Origin: a virus
Lineage: Duplodnaviria; Caudoviricetes
Strand: one strand, 5' to 3'
IMG/VR virus record: IMGVR_UViG_3300028048_000096
Coordinates: 36,767-100,766 of that record
DNA length: 64,000 bases
Of the stretch, positions 39,547-51,700 are shown one piece after another (position 1 is the stretch's first letter; each line of letters starts with the position of its first letter). A program made the position numbers and the translations under genes. The notes under the pieces were generated by a model. The model did not search any database and had not been told where the DNA came from. It saw nothing but the letters and a program-made list of their open reading frames with translations.

Positions 39547-39755
39547 AGTTAATCAGACAAATTGAAGAATATCGTGTAGACACTGAGCAAGAAGCAAAAG
39601 AAGTAATGGAACAATTTAGACAAGATGCTCATAATAAAGGATATGTATTAAAATCCAGTGGATATACTTTAAAAGAAAAGAAGCAAAAAGGTGAAGTCAT
39701 TGATAGTGGTTTTCTACTTAAAGTTGTAAAGGAAATTTCAACTTTTTGGGAGTAA
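39543..39755 (+). CDS. small hypothetical protein
   Basis: ATGA overlap with the ThyX-like stop; 70 aa. Confidence 0.7.
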   Translation: MKLIRQIEEYRVDTEQEAKEVMEQFRQDAHNKGYVLKSSGYTLKEKKQKGEVIDSGFLLKVVKEISTFWE

Positions 39756-39760
39756 AATAA

Positions 39761-40693
39761 ATGCAAAAACTAATTGATGAAACGGGCAATAAGTATGGTT
39801 TATTAACTGTTATTGAACCCACAAGAGATAAAAATAACCGGGCGGCATGGCTATGTAAGTGCGAATGCGGGAATACAAAAATAGTTCGCGGTTCGGATTT
39901 ACGAGAAGGAAAAATTACAAGTTGCGGCCGGGGATGTAAGCTTCGCTATCAACGTAGTGGAGTTTTTAAAGATGAAACAGGAAATCAATATGGACGTTTA
40001 ACCGTTTTATACCGCGCACCGTATAAAAAAAATGATAATAAAGTGTTATGGCATTGCCACTGTTCTTGTGGTAATGAATGTGACGTAAGAGGTGCTGATT
40101 TACGTAGTGGAAAAATTGTTTCATGTGGATGTTATAGTGCAGAACAAGCTTCTAATTTACAATTCAAAGATGAGACTGGACATCAATATGGATATCTTAC
40201 TGTTTTATCATTAGTTAAAAAATCACCAGAAGCAATTTGGCTTTGTAAATGTAAATGTGGTAATTTAAAAGAAGTAAGTGGTCAAATGCTTCGTAATGGA
40301 AATACAAAATCATGTGGCTGTTTAAAATCTTGGTATGAAGAAGAAATTGCTGCTATTTTAAATAATAATAATGTAAATTATAGTCGCGAAGTAAGCTTTT
40401 TTGACTTAATAAGTGATACAAAACATAAATTACGTTTTGACTTTGGTATTTATGATGAAAAAAATCAATTAAAAGGACTTATTGAGTATCAAGGTAAGCA
40501 ACATTTTGAACCCATTAATGGATGGGGAGGCCAAGAAGGCTTTGAACGACTTCAAAAGCATGATAATATGAAAAAGGAATATTGCAAACAAAAAGGTATT
40601 CCATTGCTTATTCTTGATAAAAATAATAATTTAGGAGAAGATGTTATGATATATATAACAAAGATTTTTGGAGGTATTTGGGATGCCGAATGA
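39761..40693 (+). mobile_element. free-standing homing-endonuclease-like gene (3 Cys-rich repeats + PD-(D/E)XK-like domain)
   Basis: DETG..YG.LTV..W.C.C.CG..L..G...SCG x3; LRFDF..IEYQGKQHF. Confidence 0.8.
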
Positions 40694-41609
40694 TTATAAC
40701 TTAGAACTGGTCGGCGCGCACTTACTTGATAAACTTGCAGAAGAAAATCCACAGATTGCAGATGAACTTAAGCAATTGGTAGAAAGTAATCCCGACTTTT
40801 TAGATATGATTGGTGGAGCGGATGTAATTGGAACTCTCTTTATGATGGAAGATGAACAATTTGATTTATTACAAGATTCGCTTGCTCAAGCTTTTACAGG
40901 TGCATTACAAACACAAGATTTTGATGAACTTATTACAACGACAATGATTCAAAATGGATTAACAATCGATTCTGTTGATGAAGAAATAGATAAGTTCTTT
41001 TATATAATAAATTCAATTGAAGAATTAAGTGATATTAAGAAAGCCTTTTTACATAGAATCTTAATTCAAATGGGCGACCATATAAAATCAAGGCTGGGTG
41101 TAAATGAAATTGTTACAATTCCCTTTGAGAAAAGTGATGCAACAATAACTCCAGGCTACGCACGTCATGGTGACGCAGGCATGGATATATATTCTACTGA
41201 AGACTATACTATTGACCCAGGTAAAACAGTAATAATTCCTACGGGGATTAAAATGGCAATTCCGGAAGGATATGCAATACTTATTCAGCCCAGGTCTGGT
41301 CTTAGTGCAAAAACCAAATTGCGTGTAGCCAATACACCAGGCCTTATCGATTCTGGCTATAGAGATGAAATCGGCGTAATCGTTGAAAATATTGAGCCAC
41401 CTTTCAAAGATATAGAATATGAATTTGATACTAATGGAGAAATTCATATCAAATCAATACTCCATGGAAGTGCTTATACAATTTCCAAAGGAGATAGAAT
41501 TGCACAGATGAGATTAGTTAAAGTACCGCAAGCGCATTTAGTTGAAGTCGCATCTGTAGAAAATATCGGAGTCAACCGTGAAGGCGGTTTTGGACATACG
41601 GGAAAGTAA
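40683..41609 (+). CDS. dut: trimeric dUTPase with acidic N-terminal extension
   Basis: AGMDI, PRSG, GLIDSGYR, GDRIAQ, REGGFGHTG; GGAGG RBS before the ATG at 40683. Confidence 0.9.
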   Translation: MPNDYNLELVGAHLLDKLAEENPQIADELKQLVESNPDFLDMIGGADVIGTLFMMEDEQFDLLQDSLAQAFTGALQTQDFDELITTTMIQNGLTIDSVDEEIDKFFYIINSIEELSDIKKAFLHRILIQMGDHIKSRLGVNEIVTIPFEKSDATITPGYARHGDAGMDIYSTEDYTIDPGKTVIIPTGIKMAIPEGYAILIQPRSGLSAKTKLRVANTPGLIDSGYRDEIGVIVENIEPPFKDIEYEFDTNGEIHIKSILHGSAYTISKGDRIAQMRLVKVPQAHLVEVASVENIGVNREGGFGHTGK

Positions 41610-42341
41610 GTGTCTAAAATTCGAATAGATGATATACGAAAGGCGGCGGTAGAACACAATTGGAAATTAATATCTGAAGAATATAAAAATTTAGATACTG
41701 ATTTAGTTTTTGAATGTGAAGAGGGGCATAGAGTTTATCTTCCTTATAAAAAAGTAAGAGATAAATGGGAATGTCCACTTTGTAAGAAAAATAAATATTA
41801 TAATTTTGATGAATCTTTACCTTCTAAAAAGAAAGATGTGCAACGTACATTGGGTTTAGACCAGGCCACACATATAACAGGCTACTCAATTTTTGATGGT
41901 AATGAATTAATAAGTGCAGGAACGTTTGAAGCAGATGCCGATGATGAAATCGCACGAGACGTGCAAATTAAAGATTGGCTTATACAATTTATAATGAAAG
42001 AAAAAATTGATATAGTCGGAATGGAAGATATTCAACTACAACAATTTGATAATAAAATTGTTGGTGTTACTACCTATCGTACACTCGCGCGACTTCAAGG
42101 TGCGTTGCTTGTGGCGTGTAAAGAAAATGGAATTGATACTGTAGTGTGCGCGCCAGCAACATGGCGGGCGCATTGTAAAGTCAAAGGCCGCACTCGCGCA
42201 GATAAAAAACGTTCTATGCAAAACTTAGTCAAAGAATGGTTTGACGTAACCGTTTCTGATGATGTTGCTGATGCAATAGGATTAGGAAAATACGTCGCAG
42301 ATACATATAAGAAAAAAGTTGAAGTATTCAACTGGGAATAA
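41610..42341 (+). CDS. RuvC-like Holliday junction resolvase with N-terminal Zn ribbon
   Basis: C..GH...CPLC; LGLDQA..TGYS, GMED, DDVADAI. Confidence 0.8.
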   Translation: MSKIRIDDIRKAAVEHNWKLISEEYKNLDTDLVFECEEGHRVYLPYKKVRDKWECPLCKKNKYYNFDESLPSKKKDVQRTLGLDQATHITGYSIFDGNELISAGTFEADADDEIARDVQIKDWLIQFIMKEKIDIVGMEDIQLQQFDNKIVGVTTYRTLARLQGALLVACKENGIDTVVCAPATWRAHCKVKGRTRADKKRSMQNLVKEWFDVTVSDDVADAIGLGKYVADTYKKKVEVFNWE

Positions 42342-42354
42342 TTGGAGGAAATAA

Positions 42355-42741
42355 ATGGTTACTATTACAATGCAGCAAGCGTTAGACTTCAGACAGGCAT
42401 ATAATTTCTTTAACGGAATCAAGCTTCCTCTGAAGGCCGCATATAAATTAACAAAGATTAAAAAAGCAGTAGAAGCAGAAACTCAATACTATGGAGAGAA
42501 GTTCCAAGAAATCATTGATACTTATGCAAAGAAAGATGAAAATGGAAATTTAGTATATAATGATGAAGGTACTCAAATTTTAATTAAAGATGGCATGGTT
42601 GTAGAGTGTAATCAGAAATTAGAAGAGCTTCATAATTTAGAGATTGAAATTGAAAACTATAACCTTACAATTGAAGACCTTGGTGAAGGAATCGAAGTTA
42701 CTACTGGCGACTTAGATGCTCTCATGCCCTTCTTTTCTTAA
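42355..42741 (+). CDS. hypothetical helical protein
   Basis: 128 aa, GGAGG RBS. Confidence 0.7.
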   Translation: MVTITMQQALDFRQAYNFFNGIKLPLKAAYKLTKIKKAVEAETQYYGEKFQEIIDTYAKKDENGNLVYNDEGTQILIKDGMVVECNQKLEELHNLEIEIENYNLTIEDLGEGIEVTTGDLDALMPFFS

Positions 42742-42751
42742 TAAATTAATT

Positions 42752-42784
42752 TAAAAGAGGAGTCATAATTGACTCCTCTTTTTA
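42752..42784. terminator. bidirectional terminator between replication and virion modules
   Basis: AAAAGAGGAGTCA-TAAT-TGACTCCTCTTTT. Confidence 0.88.
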
Positions 42785-42786
42785 TT

Positions 42787-45700
42787 TTATCTAAAGTTCC
42801 GAACTGCAGTTACGTTTCTATAAGTTGCATCTTTTACAATATCTCGTTTAATTCTTGCAGTTAATCTATCAACGTCATAATCACTTGCAATCTTTTCAAC
42901 ATTTACATTTATATTAAATTCAGTTGGTGAATTATATATATTTGATGTATCAGTATGAGAAATCGTACGCATAACACCAGAAAGTATATCTTTTAATGCA
43001 ATAAAGTTCTTTGTATCTTGAGCATTTAATACAAGTTCAGGTTTAGCTCTCGTACCATCAAGCCAAGCGGGTCCGGTTGTCTTATTCAAACCACCGCGCG
43101 CATATTTTGGAAACTTTTTATGTGTTGCATTTCCTGTATTAGGTCCCCAAATGCCATCTTGTGTTGTTCCTACGGCTTTTTGTAACTGTACAATCGCTGC
43201 AGTTGTCTTTGGACCAATTATTCCATCAATCACCAAATCCGCACCAAAATTACCAATTAACTTATCCTTTTTTAAGTCATTTAAGCCTTGTTGCAAAGCT
43301 TTCTTTTGAGCAGAACTGAAAGTATTTTGATGCGCGGCCGGCACACCAGCAAGCCTTCCATGAGCATTCGGACTAGTATTCGCAGCTCCACCACCAGAAC
43401 TTCCACCTGATGAACCTCCAGACGAACCAGAGCCAGCAGAACCAGTAGTTGGAATACCATCATTAGTTGGATTATATACGCCTGGTGTATTGGGATTGTT
43501 TTGACCTTGACCAATAGTAGTGCCTACTACTTCCATCATATCTTGGTCAAGTTGAATTAAGGCGTTGTATAAATCTTGTTGTTGACTAATAGCCTCTTCT
43601 AAATAAGGAATTGCAGCACTTGCATTACCAGCTTCGATAATCTGTCTTTCAATTTCATTCTTATCAATTAATTGTTCCCATTTGCCACGACCCAGCTCTT
43701 TAGTTTCATCTAAAAGCAAAGCGATTTGAGTTGCGTTAGCCTTAATATCATCAAGTAACTCATCAGCCATCGCAGCATAAACACCAGCTTGCTTATTATA
43801 TTCAATCTGTTGTTTTGCGAGGTCGATTTGCTGTTGACGTTGTTTCGAAGCTTCATCAGCCTGCGTCTGCATTTGCGCAAGCATTTGGTCTTCAAGTGTA
43901 CGACCATAGGAACGTTGAGCATCGCCAATTTCTTTTTCTAATTGAGCAATTTCAACTTGGTTGCCACCACCAGTATTTGCACGCAATATAGAAAGTCGTT
44001 CTTGTTTTCGTGCGATATCAGCTTCGGTTTTTGCATTGTCTTCTGCTTTGCGTCTTGCATCAATACTCTTTTTAACTTGTTCAAGTACTGACTTGGCCGC
44101 GTTAGTAAGTGAAGAATTTAATGATTCTAATTTGCTGACCTCTTTCTGTGCTGCATCAACAAAAGCATCAATAAGGTCGTTTTCAAGGTCAGCCATAGTC
44201 TTATAATAATCGTCTAATTGCTCACCTAATTCTTTTAAATAATCCTGAACTTCACTAATTGCTTCGTGATAATCAATTTGACCCTCAACAAGATTATCAA
44301 AACCATCTTTAATAGCGTTATATGTATCTTCACTAATTTTTCCAGCTAACCTATCTGCTTCAAGTTGCTCTTCATTGAAATCAAAAGTATAACTTCCATC
44401 TGCATTTTGTGTAGAAGTCACATACAATTGACCCCAGGCCGCCCTTGCATATTCGTCATACGCCGCGGCCTCGCGTGCGAGCATTTCAGCAGTAAGCGCC
44501 TGTCCATTTTTCAGTGCGGCTTCATTCTCAGCCTTAATAGCTTCATAACGTTCTTTTTCTGCTGAGCCGCCATCCATTAAAGCTTCAATCTCTTCCTGTC
44601 TAGCTTGAATCATTGCATATAATAGTTCAAGTCTTTGCTTGGTTAATTCTATGCTACCTTGTTGAGCATTATTTAAATGGTCAAGCACAGTCGCCATATC
44701 TTCGAACTGAGTATTCACTGAAGACAAGAGCAAGCCAATTTCTGACGTAAAGCGACCATTCATTGCTTCATTTAATTCAAGTTGTTTAGACAGGTCATAA
44801 ACTCTTGTAAGTTCATTCTCCCAACCATAGAAGGCCTCTCTAACTTGATTAACTAAGTCTTTAAGTTTTTGTTGAGCATCTTCTATTGCTTTGGCCGCAG
44901 AGTTAAAACTGGACTGTAAATTTGAAATTTGTTGATTTAATAAGTTGAATAAAGACTCTGCATTAGCAGTTAAATTCTCTCCACCATATCCATTGGCTTG
45001 TAAGTATTTAACAATAGCATCATAGCTTACTGAGTAACCTGTATCTGCATTTCCGCTAATAAATTGCGAAGTACCAACTGAAATTTCTTCAGATTCATTA
45101 CTTGCATTCGTAAGGCTAACCCACAATTGACGATTGCCATTAGCGAGCCATTCGAGTTCAGCCTTGTAAGAGTCACGAAGTTGTTGTTGCTGTGCGATGG
45201 TTTGATGAAGCAGTTGAGTTTGTTTTTCTACATCTTTAGAAATATCAGAGTACTTAACGCCAAGCTTTGCAAGTGTGTCGCTAATTGATTTGGTGATTTT
45301 TTCAATCTTTTCAGTTAATTGATTAATTGACTGATTAAGATTGAAGCGACGAACTTCTTCTTTGTACCAATTTGAGTGTTTAGGGTCTTTTTCTTTATCA
45401 CTTGAAGAAGATTTTGACCCCGAGCTACTTCCAGAACTAGAGCCTCTAGAACCACCAGATGAGCCGCTTGAATAATCATAATGACCAGCATGAGAACCGG
45501 CAGGAATAGATTTCTGCTTAATGATGTCTTTAGATTGCTCATGAGAGTATACAACGGCATCGCTAGGCAAATTAAGCATCTGTGGTCCATGTGCACCGAG
45601 AATCATAGAGCGATTTTCACTTGGTAACCAAGCAATTTCAAACCCCTTCTCACCAGTAAGAGTTAATCCTCCTTTATTCTTGGGACCAACTGTACCATAA

Positions 45701-48700
45701 CGACCACGTGCAGATGAACCAGCATAGAAACCAGATGATGAAATGTAATTATTACTACCTTTAGCACTACTATGAGCCACAATATTTGCAACGTTTGCAG
45801 CAATATTTGATATACTTGAAGCTACACCATTAATTGTACTAGTAAATTTAATATTGACATTCTTATTATTTATACTATTTAATTGATCATTAACCCCTTG
45901 TAATTCAGCGGTAACATTACTAGCTTTTTTTTGGGCTTCTGCAAGTTGTTCTTGAAGCATAGGAAGTTCTGGATTATTGGGATCAATCTGTGATAATTTT
46001 GTTATTTCTTTCTGCAAATCGATAACTTCTTGATTAGCGTTTTTTAATTCTTGCTCAAGAGTATTTTTTTGAACTTCTATATTAGCTTTTACGGCAATTA
46101 AATCAGCAGCCCCTGTAATTTTTTCAGGATTAGCCTCTTCTTTAGGAGTATTTCCAATAATACCTGCATCTTCAAATGCTGTAACAATTGCATCAGCAAT
46201 AATATTACCGACTTCTTCCCATTTACTTGCTTCCTTGAATTCTTCAATGGCATCGTTAAATTCAGTAGCATTTAATACATCAGAAATGTCCATTTCTTTG
46301 CCATCAATTAGCAAAGATTTTAAATCTAGTTCTTTAGCTTGTTTATATGCTAATTCTACTGCTTTTTGATAGTTATATCCGTCAGCTTGTAATTGTTGAA
46401 TTACTTTGGTAAAATTACCAACGTTATTTTTAGCATCAAACAAGTCAAGTCCAGCGCTTCTTAAACTACCCTCATTCTCTGTATTTGCTCCATATTTCGC
46501 AGCCAAATAACTATCTAAATTATCAGTAATATCATCAAAAACTTGAACAGTTTTACCAAAAGCATTAGTTAAGTCAGTTTGTAATTGAGCCGCTGCCTCT
46601 TCGCCATATTGTTCTATATAGCCACCAGTAGTTTTTAAAGCATCAAATGTACTTTGACTAATAGCGACTGCTTGACCTTCATCAATATCAAAACCAGTAG
46701 TTTCGGTTGTCTGAATTCGAGCGAATTCACTAATACCTGCTTCGCGACCATTTTTCATAAGGTCTTCAGCAAGATTGTCTCCAACAATACCCCAGTCTTG
46801 GCCAATTAACCCCTCAAGAATACCTCTGGCAAGTTCTTCACTTACATGAAGTCGCGTGGCCATTTCTGCTACGACTTCTTCATAAGTCATATTACCAATA
46901 TCAAATTCAAGACCACTATCTCCATAAAATACTTTTAGTCTTTCATCATTAATGGTCATTTGCTCGCCAAGAATGTCGAGACCACGAGCCATATTGTTTA
47001 TTGCCATTAAGGCAGTATCTTGTAAACTATCGGTTAATAATGGTGCAGCGTTATTAATTAAATATTTTTCGAGTTCTTTATTACTACCAAATTCTTTTAC
47101 CTTTGTATAATAAAATTCTTCACTAAATAAATTTTTTATTGCATTTAAAGCGGTTTCATTACTATAATATCCCTTTTCATAATTTTCTTTGATAGTACCC
47201 ATTCGTTCGCGATAAGCTTCGATGCCTTCGCTATAATCTTGACCTTCGTCAAAATTATCTAGGTCTTTTTTTACTTGAGCCACCAGATTATCTAAAGCAT
47301 TAAAATGCTTCATCGCGGCCAAAGTAGCACTATTAATACCATCAAAGCTTCCCGTTTCTTGGAAATAATTAAGTGCAGTCGCTAAATTTTCAGCTTCAAA
47401 GCCATCTAATTCCAGTATTTTTTGTAATGTACCGCACTCTTTGGCCATTTCTTCAATGCCACTAGCATCAATCTTTCCAGATTCGTCAGCAAAATCTTTC
47501 CACTTATCAGTTAAAATTTCAAGGAAGTCAGAAGATTGTACAAGTTCTTCGAATTGCTTTCCTGTTAAATTAAGTGACTTATCTACTCGCTTTTGTCCTG
47601 TAATAAATTCCTTTTGTTTATTATTAAGTTCCTCAAAAGCTTCTGTTCCTTCTGCATAAGTTTCATAAAATTGACCACGTTCAATAGCGCTTGTCCAATC
47701 AACACTATTAATTAATTCTGCAAGTTTTTGTTGTGTTGCTTCATCAGGAGCACCAAGTAAAGCATCAAATAGATTTTGACCCATACTCATAGCATTGGTT
47801 GAATCAAAGCTTCGTGATACTTGATCCATAAATCTATTAGCCGCCTCAGCGCTACCTGCGGTTAATCCCTTTGTGATTAAATTCGCATATTGCCTAGGTA
47901 TTTTTTCTACTTGTGTAGCTTTTATTCCCTTACTTTTTGCATACCATACTGCAGCATCAGCATAAGCTTTTGTTTGTATCTGTTTTAAATTTTCTGCATT
48001 TTCTTTTAGTTGATTAGCTAAATCTTCTGCACTAGCATTTTCATTTTGTAATATAACTTTTGCCAATTCATCTCCAGAATCTCCCAATATATCAACTATT
48101 TCATCCACTTCCATATTACGAAATTCTTCAAGTTGAGATAAGTCTATTTCTAAATTATTATTTAATAAATCATTTATAAAATTAGAGCCTTCCGTGTTCC
48201 CAAAAACTGAATCAAATGATTTTCCAAGAGATTTAACCGCGCCTTCAACTTTAGGAGCTTGCTCTTGAAATTGAAGAAGCGCCATAATTTGTGGATACAT
48301 TTTTTTAAGTGTATCATTATCTATATCTACTTCTTCACCGCTTAAATCAGTAATTTTTCCGGTTGCGCTATTAAATACTCCACCAATGAAATCAGCATAT
48401 GCTTGTTTCATTGCGTTGGTATCTACACCCGAAGTAGAGAAAGCTTTTTGGGCTTCATCAAAATTTTGACTAAACAGACTTAAAACCGTATCATTTAATT
48501 CTCCACTGCTTGATAATGCAGCACGAATCGCTTGTTTGTTTGCAGCTTCAGATTCAGCTTTAATTCGAGCTTCAATACTATCCCATTCGCGTTTACCTTC
48601 TTCAGAAAGTGCATTATAATTTATTTCATCTGCTTGTGCTTCAGTAATAGTATAACTATCTTGTCCATGTTTTATTGTCCGAGATTTTGTTTTATGAACA

Positions 48701-51700
48701 CCCTCGTCTTTTAATAATTTATCTTTCTCTTGTTCTGTTAATGCCGCGTTATGTAAAGCATTATTATATATATCTAAAGCTTGTGCTTGTCCTAATAACT
48801 TATTTTGTTCATCTTGTACAGCTTTAAAACCCGCTTCAGAAATATACATACGACCATTTGCATCAGTGGTCATATAATCTTGCAGCATCGGATATTTTTT
48901 AATTAAGTCAAGAATTTGCTGATTAGCTTCAACAAGAGCAAGATTCCACTCTGTAGTGCCAACCACAAGACCATCAAATAAACTATCGGCATTACGAATT
49001 TCTTCAATTGAATTCTTCAGTTCTTCAGTCGCTGTTTTAAGATTATCAAAGGCATCACTAGAAGTTTTCGCGGCATTGGCAAGAGCTTCCATCTCACGCT
49101 TATCTTTTGTTAATGCAAAATAAAGCACGGCTCCAATGGCAGCGATGGCTGCGATAACAGCAATAAGGGGCAAAAATGGAGCAATTGCCTCCCAGGCTGC
49201 GACTGCTACTCCCTTCAAACCAGCTTTCATTGCTGTAAAGCCTACTACAGAATCCACTCCTGCTTTTTTAATTGAAGTTCCGTAAATCTTAGCAGCTTTC
49301 GCCGCAATACCTCCAAAAGATTGCAAACCAATTCCTAATAAAGAAATTGCTTTACCTACGGGTGCTAAGGGAGTGCCTTGTAATATGTTACCAAATGCTT
49401 GACAAGCTACTCCCGCATTATAAAACTTATTAGCCAACATACCTAATGATTGTCCGTATTTAGGAATGTCTTCTTCAAAATAATCAGCTTGTTCATTTAA
49501 AGATTCTTGTTGCTCTTTACTAAATTGAAAAGGATTATCTTCATCATACTCTTGATTTGCTGCTGCCCTAAATTTATTACTTAAATCTGTTGAGGTCGGT
49601 TGTGGGCTATAAGGTAATGGTTTATTTTTTAATATATTATCACGAGCACTAGTATATGCAATACTAAAAGCTGTACCCGCTTCTTTTCCTGCCTTTTCAG
49701 CAGCAACTTTCTCTGCTTGGGCTTCTTTAATAGCATTTTTAGGAGAAAAGAAAAGATTAGTAATGGCCTCTTTTCCAGTCATCTCTTTTTTAAACCAGCC
49801 AACACCACTTTCAATCCCTTTAGATAAAGCCGTACGTGCAATGCTTAATCCACTTAAAGTTAATAATAAAGTGGTTAAAGATTTAGTAACTCCCTTAAAT
49901 GGATCTGGCGGAATTTCACCTATTATATCAACTAAATCATTAACCTTATCAATAAAACCAGTTAATAAATCAATACCACCTTTTAATAATTCATTATTCA
50001 TTAAGCCCATTGCAAATTGAGCCCAGGCGTTCTTTAATTTATTAATCTTAGCGTCTAATCCTTCAAGAGTCTTCTCAAATTGCCTCTGTGAAGCCCCACT
50101 AGCATCATAAGCCGCATCAACAAGTTCCATTGTACGACTATAATTACTCATCATAGCAATGAAACGTGATTGTTGTCTAGAACCTGCGGCCATAGTGGCA
50201 ATATACCTTTGCTGACCCATAGATAACGTATCCCACTTTGCAGCTATCTCAAGGAATACATCATCTAATTTTCTAAACTCGCCATTTGTATTTAAAAGAT
50301 TAACGCCAATAGATTTTAAAGCTTTATCAACTTTATTAGCATCAAGCATAACCCCTTCAGAATCAATCAACTTTGTGGGGTCCTGTTTCATTTCTTGGAA
50401 CCTGGCAACTACAGTTTTTAATGCAGTACCTAAGTTTTCAGGTGCTTCACGTGTAGTTTCAATCATTTGTGCTAAGAAAGCCGCGGTTGTTTCTAACTCC
50501 ATACCTGCATTATGAGCAAGAGAAGCAACCTTTTCCATAGCAGTACTAATTTCTTGAGTATCAGAAGCAGTAATAGCAGCTAGTTCTGAATATACATCAT
50601 TAATACGTTGTGCAGAAACCTGACTTATCTCTAAATTAAATCCACGTAATGCCGCAGTCATAGCATCTGTGGCATCCTTAGCATCCATACCAGCAATACG
50701 AGCCATTTTTAATGTCTCTACTGCTAAGCCCATAGATTGTGTAGTATTTAAACCCTGTTGATAGTAAAGAGTTGTAGCTTCATATACGTCTTTAATAGAA
50801 GAACCAAGCTTATTGGCTTCTGCAGTATAGAGTGGAAGTTTCTCCCACATGTCACCAACACTGAAATTGGTAACCACTGCAGTTTCAGTCATTGCCTTAT
50901 CAAGTTCTTGAATAGTTTTAAAGGCATCTCTTGCAATTTGACCAACCTTACGAATCATTTGACCTAAGCCAAAATAACTCTGTATTTGCCTATCAATAGA
51001 TTTAACTTGATTATCAAAATTAAAATCTTCTTTATGGGCTTTTTGTAAAGTGGCAGTTAAACTTTCAACCTCTCCCGTAGATTCTTGAGCCTTGTTACTA
51101 AATTCCCTTAAAGAATTTTCAGAAGTAGCCTGTACTTCTTTAAAACGTTGCTGTAATATTGTTAAAGTTTCTTCTAAAGGTATACCTTTTGCTTGTGTCT
51201 CAGTGAAAACTTGCTGAATTTCAGTTAATGCACTTTTTGCAGTATCAGTGTTAGCACTACTTAATTTCCCAACTGTAGAGCCCAAAATATTACCTTGGGC
51301 ATCTTTTTTAACACTAACTTTATTTATATATTTTTCTAATTCTCGTAATGCGGCTTTCGCATCTTCTAACTCGCCATTATCAACATGACCAATTAATTGA
51401 TTTAATAACCCCTCTTTACCAGAAATTTTTTCATTTTTAATAGCTTGTTTTAATTGATTAATTGGGGCAGATAATTTATCGGGATCAATTTTAATATTTT
51501 CAAGTTGTTTTGTAATCTCTTTGATTTGATCCCCAACTTCTTTAAAATCTCCAGTATTAACATCAAAAATATCGCTTAAGTCAGATTTAGCAACATTTTG
51601 AACATCTTTAACAATATCTTGATAAAGATTATTAATTTTTGATAAAGAGCTTTCTACTTGTCGATAATCACCAGAAGTTTTAATTCCTTCTTTAATTTTT

